Positions 6,760 through 11,990 of a DNA stretch of 11,990 nt are shown here, piece by piece; the first letter of the stretch is position 1; each line of letters begins with the position of its first letter. Below the pieces are notes generated by a model. The model saw nothing but the letters and a program-made list of their open reading frames with translations, ran no database searches and was not told the origin of the DNA. The translations under genes were made by a program, and so were the position numbers. The stretch is from a virus (lineage: Duplodnaviria > Heunggongvirae > Uroviricota > Caudoviricetes): positions 1 to 11,990 of the IMG/VR virus record IMGVR_UViG_2744054628_000002, one strand, 5' to 3'.

Positions 6760-6787
6760 TTGATTTTGTCAGATGTGAGTAAACTCC

Positions 6788-7123
6788 TTATGGACTTTGT
6801 TGTTTTAGTCCATAAGGACATATTTGCAGAATGCAACGGTTATTAAAGCATTCATTCAATACGTTATCTGTATTTGTAGGGCATTCCTGGCTGTTTTTGA
6901 TTAAATTCCAGAATGTTTTATTGAATGGTACTACGTTGTAAATGGTTACAGGTAGCACTTTGTTATTGAGCATGATGCCTGTGTGAGTCAGTGTAAATAT
7001 ACTTTCAGGAGGTAAGAAAGCATCCGATTGATACCAGATTATTAATTTTATTTTACTCCATATGACTGAAAAAGATATTCCGCATGATGGCTGGATAACT
7101 GTATCAATCACAATCCACTTCAT
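6788..7123 (-). CDS. hypothetical Cys-containing protein in AT-rich moron, 111 aa, no recognisable family
   Basis: ATG at 7123 (- strand) preceded by AGGA with ~6-nt spacer; stop at 6788-6790. Opposite strand to all flanking phage genes, AT-rich, and sits in the Q-to-S cargo slot. No signal peptide evident. Confidence 0.6.
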   Translation of the reverse strand: MKWIVIDTVIQPSCGISFSVIWSKIKLIIWYQSDAFLPPESIFTLTHTGIMLNNKVLPVTIYNVVPFNKTFWNLIKNSQECPTNTDNVLNECFNNRCILQICPYGLKQQSP

Positions 7124-7382
7124 TTACTTTCCTTGTTTATGCCTTGCTGGTGATGTTCTGAAAAGTATAAATGATATTTTTGAATTAAACCATAGAGCAG
7201 AATTATTTTTCTGATGTTGTTTATTGTTTATTTAAATACAGGGTGGTTTATATCTCGTCTTGTAGTTTATCCATGCATATCTGCTTGATAATCAGGTTTT
7301 TATTTAAGGTATGGTTTTGTGTTTTTTCTGTATTACATGTCAGGTATTTTAAAGAATTATTTTTCAGATGGTGGAAAGAACC

Positions 7383-7571
7383 ATGGCATTTAAACACTAT
7401 GATGTTGTCAGGGCGGCGCCGCCGTCAGATCTTGCGGAAAAGCTGACACATAAACTGAAAGAGGGCTGGCAGCCGTTTGGTAGTCCGGTGGCCATAACCC
7501 CTTATACCCTGATGCAGGCGATTGCAGCAGAAGGTGATGTGGTGGTCAGCGGTGCAACTGAGCCGGAGTGA
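7383..7571 (+). CDS. small conserved lambdoid-prophage protein found upstream of lysis genes (possibly DUF1737-like); function unknown
   Basis: ORF 7368..7571; internal ATG 7383 has a better purine-rich RBS (GGTGGAAAGA). N-terminus MAFKHYDVVRAAPPSDLAEKL resembles small proteins I recall at this position; family name is tentative. Confidence 0.5.
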   Translation: MAFKHYDVVRAAPPSDLAEKLTHKLKEGWQPFGSPVAITPYTLMQAIAAEGDVVVSGATEPE

Positions 7572-7814
7572 TACTACGTCATCGTACTGGCCCGGCATTC
7601 CAGGCCATAAAAGACAGTCTGGCAGTGGGACTAAATGCACTGACGCTGACGGATATTACCAAAAATGCAACGTATGGCGTTGAGATAGAAAGTCTGGTGC
7701 TGGAGATAAATGCACCGGCATCATCATAAAAAGTGAGCCAGTCAAATGGAAGGTATCGTTAAACTCACCGGTAGTGTCAGTGGGTCGTCTGAGACGCTTG
7801 CATGAGTTATCAGA

Positions 7815-7843
7815 GCCATCAGTAGTTAACTGGTGGCTTTTTT
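7815..7843 (+). terminator. intrinsic terminator immediately upstream of the holin gene
   Basis: 8-bp stem GCCATCAG / CTGGTGGC (one G-T wobble), 7-nt loop, then TTTTTT (7838-7843). Lies inside the GTG-initiated extension of ORF 7774..8094, supporting the ATG 7879 start. Confidence 0.55.
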
Positions 7844-7878
7844 ATTGTTGTCAGCTTCCGGATAACGGGAGACGGGGT

Positions 7879-8094
7879 ATGGACCAGATGGAAAAAATCA
7901 CAACAGGTGTGTCATACACCACGTCAGCGGTGGGAACGGGCTACTGGTTCCTGCAGTTGCTGGACAGGGTTTCCCCGTCTCAGTGGGCGGCAATAGGCGT
8001 GCTGGGGAGTCTGCTGTTTGGGCTGCTGACATATCTGACTAACCTGTATTTCAAAATCAGAGAGGACCGTCGTAAGGCTGCACGGGGAGAGTAA
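7879..8094 (+). CDS. S: class II holin / pinholin (phage 21 S-like), 71 aa, with dual-start motif Met1...Met4
   Basis: [15 protein letters not shown]...[40 protein letters not shown]: two TM segments plus charged tail, similar to S21 as recalled. GGGAGA RBS 7867-7872, 6-nt spacer. Confidence 0.85.
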   Translation: MDQMEKITTGVSYTTSAVGTGYWFLQLLDRVSPSQWAAIGVLGSLLFGLLTYLTNLYFKIREDRRKAARGE

Positions 8095-8098
8095 TTCA

Positions 8099-8449
8099 AT
8101 GACTCAAAACTATGAACTGATTGTGAAAGGGATCCGCAATTTTGAGAATAAAGTTACGGTAACTTTAGCGTTACGGGACAAAAAACGCTTTGACGGTGAA
8201 ATTTTTGACCTGGACATCTCGCTGGACCGTGTTGAAGGTGCCGCGCTGGAGTTTTATGAGGCAGCAGCCAGAATGAGCATCAGACAGGTCTTCCTGGATG
8301 TTGCTGCCGGGTTATGTGAAGGGGATGAGCAGTCGCCGGAAAAGCGCCCCGTAATTTTAGAGGCGCAGAATGTATGGATAACCTACAAAGGAAAGCTACC
8401 GGGAAGAATTACTGGTTCTCTGAAGACTCCTCCGGAATCACAACCTTAA
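8099..8449 (+). CDS. hypothetical protein between holin and endolysin (YdfR-like by position and size; possibly DUF1327), 116 aa
   Basis: ATG 8099 follows holin stop TAA 8092-8094 by 4 nt. Positional match to ydfR between essQ and rrrQ in Qin, from memory. No catalytic motif recognised. Confidence 0.65.
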   Translation: MTQNYELIVKGIRNFENKVTVTLALRDKKRFDGEIFDLDISLDRVEGAALEFYEAAARMSIRQVFLDVAAGLCEGDEQSPEKRPVILEAQNVWITYKGKLPGRITGSLKTPPESQP

Positions 8450-8512
8450 GTCACTGACCGGAACAGATAAACCTGTCCGTGGGCAGAAACCGATAAATCC
8501 TGATAAATATCC

Positions 8513-9046
8513 ATGAACGCAAAAATCAGATACGGCCTGTCGGCTGCCGTTCTGGCACTGATTGCCGTCGGTGCGCCCGCGCCTGATATTCTCGACCAGT
8601 TTCTGGATGAAAAAGAAGGTAACCACACAACGGCATACCGCGATGGGTCCGGCATCTGGACCATCTGTCGGGGTGCCACGATGGTGGATGGAAAACCCGT
8701 TTTTCCCGGTATGAAACTGTCGAAGGAAAAATGCGACCAGGTCAACGCCATTGAGCGTGATAAGGCGCTGGCATGGGTGGAGCGCAATATTAAAGTACTA
8801 CTGACCGAACCACAAAAAGCGGGTATAGCGTCATTCTGTCCCTATAACATTGGCCCCGGTAAGTGTTTCCCGTCGACGTTTTATAAGCGGCTGAATGCCG
8901 GTGATCGTAAGGGCGCATGCGAGGCGATTCGCTGGTGGATAAAAGATGGTGGGCGCGATTGCCGCATACGTTCAAATAACTGCTATGGACAGGTTATTCG
9001 TCGTGACCAGGAAAGCGCATTAGCCTGTTGGGGGATAGAGCAGTGA
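8513..9046 (+). CDS. R: SAR endolysin (T4-lysozyme-like muramidase, phage 21 R / RrrQ-like), 177 aa
   Basis: Gly/Ala-rich hydrophobic N-terminal signal-anchor-release segment ([16 protein letters not shown]), then E-x8-D-x5-T catalytic pattern ([16 protein letters not shown]) and C-terminal ALACWG, as in R21-type lysozymes. Confidence 0.9.
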   Translation: MNAKIRYGLSAAVLALIAVGAPAPDILDQFLDEKEGNHTTAYRDGSGIWTICRGATMVDGKPVFPGMKLSKEKCDQVNAIERDKALAWVERNIKVLLTEPQKAGIASFCPYNIGPGKCFPSTFYKRLNAGDRKGACEAIRWWIKDGGRDCRIRSNNCYGQVIRRDQESALACWGIEQ

Positions 9047-9504
9047 GCAGAGTCGCCGCGATTATTTATGCTTTGGTTATCTGCATCATCGTCTGCCTGT
9101 CGTGGGCGGTCAATCATTACCGTGATAACGCCATCGCCTACAAAGAACAGCGTGATAAAAAAGTCAGTGAGCTGAAGCAGGCGATCGCCACTATCGCTGA
9201 CATGCAGCAGCGTCAGCGTGATGTTGCTGCGCTCGATGCAAAATACACGAGGGAGTTAGCTGATGCGAAAGCTGAAAATGATGCTCTGCGTGATGATGTT
9301 GCCGCTGGTCGTCGTCGGTTGCACATCAAAGCAGTCTGTCAGTCAGTGCGTGAAGCCACCACCGCCTCCGGCGTGGATAATGCAGCCACCCCCCGACTGG
9401 CAGACACCGCTGAACGGGATTATTTCACCCTCAGAGAGAGGCTGATCACTATGCAAAAACAACTGGAAGGAACCCAGAAGTATATTAATGAGCAGTGCAG
9501 ATAG
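9043..9504 (+). CDS. Rz: i-spanin Rz, 153 aa
   Basis: GTG 9043 overlaps the R stop (TGA 9044-9046) and follows GGGGGA. Product [31 protein letters not shown]... is near-identical to lambda Rz as recalled. The ORF-track start 9028 is TTG inside R. Confidence 0.9.
   Translation: MSRVAAIIYALVICIIVCLSWAVNHYRDNAIAYKEQRDKKVSELKQAIATIADMQQRQRDVAALDAKYTRELADAKAENDALRDDVAAGRRRLHIKAVCQSVREATTASGVDNAATPRLADTAERDYFTLRERLITMQKQLEGTQKYINEQCR
9263..9445 (+). CDS. Rz1: o-spanin Rz1 lipoprotein, 60 aa, embedded in the +1 frame of Rz
   Basis: [24 protein letters not shown]...[29 protein letters not shown]: lipobox VVGC, proline-rich; matches lambda Rz1 as recalled. GGGAG RBS 9251-9255. Confidence 0.9.
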   Translation: MRKLKMMLCVMMLPLVVVGCTSKQSVSQCVKPPPPPAWIMQPPPDWQTPLNGIISPSERG

Positions 9505-9535
9505 AGCTGCCCATATCGATGGGCAACTCATGCAA

Positions 9536-9829
9536 TTATTGTGAGCAATACACACGCGCTTCCAGTGGAGTATAAATGCCTAAAGTAATAAAACCGAGAA
9601 ATCCATTTACGAATGTTTGCTGGGTTTCTGTTTTAACAACATTTTCTGCGCCGCCACAAATTTTGGCTGCATCAACAGTTTTCTCCTGTCCAATTCCCGA
9701 AACGAAGAAATGATGGGTGATGGTTTCCTTTGGTGTTACTGCTGTCGGTTTGTTTCCAACAGTAAACGTCTGTTGAGCACATCCTGTAATAAGCATTGCC
9801 AGAGCGGCAGAAAACAACATTTTTTTCAT
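9536..9829 (-). CDS. bor: Bor lipoprotein (serum-resistance / Iss family), 97 aa
   Basis: From ATG at 9829 (- strand): MKKMLFSAALAMLITGCAQQTFTV...LEARVYCSQ with lipobox ITGC; near-identical to lambda Bor as recalled. The ORF-track start at 9877 is an upstream extension. Convergent with Rz. Confidence 0.9.
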   Translation of the reverse strand: MKKMLFSAALAMLITGCAQQTFTVGNKPTAVTPKETITHHFFVSGIGQEKTVDAAKICGGAENVVKTETQQTFVNGFLGFITLGIYTPLEARVYCSQ

Positions 9830-10212
9830 CTTATTATCCTGCATTGTTAAAAACGGCAGAATCCTATGTGACAACAATTAAACGATAGTTAAATGGATTG
9901 ATGAAAATTAAAACTATATAGGTGGATGCTCAGCCTATCGGAGGTAGTCAGGATTTGAATGTCAGTCTGTTGTCGGCATTCTGGCAATGCAATTTGGATA
10001 AAGCGGGGATTAAAAAGATAGAGGCGAGCCGGTCAGGTAGAAATGAATCAGGCTCAAAGTGAAGCGGAAAAGGTCTGTGGCACAAGCTGATGCAGCCATA
10101 ATTACAGCCTGATGATTTGTGGAATGAAACATGTTGAACCTCCTTAATTGATGTTATTCGAGTGATGAAGGCATTCTGTCCTTCTATAGTGTCCAGTAAA
10201 TCAAACAGGAAA

Positions 10213-10234
10213 CTTGTCCAACGTGTTGGACAAG
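10213..10234. repeat. perfect 10-bp inverted repeat with 2-bp spacer (CTTGTCCAAC GT GTTGGACAAG), candidate operator
   Basis: Arms are exact reverse complements; additional TGTCC-containing half-site-like copies lie just upstream (~10177-10196). About 90 bp upstream of the G start. Confidence 0.5.
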
Positions 10235-10325
10235 CCTCTCCATTAGTGAGTTGTATTGATCACAACTCTACAAAGAATTCATTACTGGGTAGATGAAAAT
10301 AGTTTCACTATGAATGGAGGAGGCT

Positions 10326-10748
10326 ATGTCGGTGGCTTCTTCATTGGAGTACCGTCAGTTAATGAGGATAGATGTGATGACTAAAAATATCCGTAATCTG
10401 GCACTGGCAGCGATGTCGGGGTTTCGCCATAAAACTGTTGATGTGCCTGAATGGGAAGGGGCAACGGTTGTATTACGGGAACCTTCTGCAGAAGCCTGGT
10501 TGCGCTGGCAGGAGATCGTTAAAGCAAAAGATGATGAGACACCGTTATCCGTTGCGGAGCTCGCCCGCCGAAATCTGGAAGCGGATGTTGAACTGTTCAT
10601 CGATGTTCTGTGTGATACCGGACTGCAACCTGTATTTTCAGTGGATGATCGTGAACAGGTGATTGCCGTGTATGGCCCGGTGCATGCGCGGCTTCTTCGG
10701 CAGTCTCTGGAACTGATCAGTGATGCCGGCGAGGTTAAAAAAAAGTAG
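10326..10748 (+). CDS. G: tail assembly chaperone G, 140 aa
   Basis: ATG 10326 with GGAGG RBS (10316-10320); ORF ends EVKKK-TAG with the slippery heptamer A_AAA_AAG (10739-10745) just before the stop. The ORF-track start 10314 is an upstream in-frame ATG without a good RBS. Confidence 0.75.
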   Translation: MSVASSLEYRQLMRIDVMTKNIRNLALAAMSGFRHKTVDVPEWEGATVVLREPSAEAWLRWQEIVKAKDDETPLSVAELARRNLEADVELFIDVLCDTGLQPVFSVDDREQVIAVYGPVHARLLRQSLELISDAGEVKKK

Positions 10749-11050
10749 CGCTTCCGGGGATGCGTTTTCTGATGATGCTGGCGCTCAGGATGGGGCGCAC
10801 ATTGTCAGAGTTACGCCGGGAAATGTCCGCATCAGAAATCATGATGTGGGCAGAGTTTGACAGGTTCAGCCCGCTGGGGGACGAACGGGCTGATATCCGG
10901 GCTGCCCAGATTGTTTCAGCTGTTTACGGTGCGCAGGGGGTCAAAGTGCCACTGAATGATGCGCTTCTTCAGTGGGAGAAGGAGCAGACAGAAGGCGTAT
11001 CAGATCCATTTGCTGGACTGGAAAACGCGCTTTTAATAGTGTCTCAGTGA
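10739..11050 (+). CDS. T: T segment of the G-T tail assembly chaperone fusion, reached by -1 programmed ribosomal frameshift at A_AAA_AAG
   Basis: The -1 frame is open from the slip site through ...VALPGMRFLMMLALRMG... (ORF 10760..11050) to TGA 11048-11050. The fusion product would span 10326..11050. Confidence 0.7.
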   Translation, partial: KKVALPGMRFLMMLALRMGRTLSELRREMSASEIMMWAEFDRFSPLGDERADIRAAQIVSAVYGAQGVKVPLNDALLQWEKEQTEGVSDPFAGLENALLIVSQ

Positions 11051-11058
11051 GTCAACAT

Positions 11059-11990
<932 letters not shown>

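Noticed and set aside
6400-7370. Shiga toxin genes (stxA/stxB), expected in this position in tRNA-bearing lambdoid phages
   Set aside because: No ORF of StxA size with a signal peptide and no ~89-aa StxB-like ORF on either strand; the cargo is the unrelated - strand 111-aa gene.
7243-7446. 67-aa + strand ORF in the AT-rich region
   Set aside because: Phe/Leu-rich translation from AT-rich DNA, no RBS, and overlaps the better-supported small ORF starting at 7383; probably spurious.
7425-7640. 71-aa - strand ORF overlapping the 7383..7571 gene
   Set aside because: Antisense overlap with a conserved-looking gene and no translation signals.
7774-7878. GTG-initiated N-terminal extension of the holin (106-aa ORF)
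   Set aside because: The extension contains an intrinsic terminator (7815-7843); the ATG at 7879 has a strong RBS and gives the canonical 71-aa pinholin with dual-start motif.
8438-8975. - strand ORFs 8438..8626, 8446..8787 and 8790..8975 opposite the endolysin
   Set aside because: Antisense to a strongly supported lysozyme gene; no RBS or recognisable product.
9343-9850. - strand ORF 9343..9555 (inside Rz) and + strand ORF 9617..9850 (antisense to bor)
   Set aside because: Both overlap strongly supported genes on the opposite strand; compositions are low-complexity.
10355-10662. ORFs 10355..10600 (-) and 10438..10662 (+) within the G chaperone gene
   Set aside because: Alternative-frame or antisense reads of the G coding region; the G frame is supported by the frameshift site and downstream T frame.

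Overview
This window reads as part of a defective lambdoid prophage of an enterobacterium, a mosaic of Qin-like and lambda-like blocks, with almost all genes on the + strand. Order: tail of an upstream gene; a 98-aa early-region ORF; a visibly AT-rich two-gene cassette (~489-2528) that I rate as the best candidate for an undescribed defence or toxin-like system; an intact hok-type type I toxin locus with promoter and terminator; a Rem-like ORF; a DUF968/YdfU-like protein; rusA; a lambda-family antiterminator Q with a pR'-like promoter and tR'-like terminator; a tRNA with CAT anticodon and a degenerate tRNA-Arg(TCT)-like fragment; an AT-rich moron with a Cys-rich 111-aa ORF on the - strand; a small conserved ORF; a lysis cassette (dual-start pinholin S, YdfR-like ORF, SAR endolysin R, Rz with embedded Rz1); bor on the - strand; then, with no terminase, portal, head or major tail genes, a tail assembly chaperone pair G/G-T with a canonical A_AAA_AAG -1 frameshift site and a tape-measure N-terminal domain that runs off the window and appears fused in frame to J-like sequence. 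No CRISPR array, IS element, integrase, rRNA or Shiga toxin genes were seen. All family names rest on my reading of the translated ORFs, short motifs and recalled reference sequences; no database search or computation was run, so the domain calls for the cassette proteins (HEPN-like, GNAT-like) are motif-level hypotheses.
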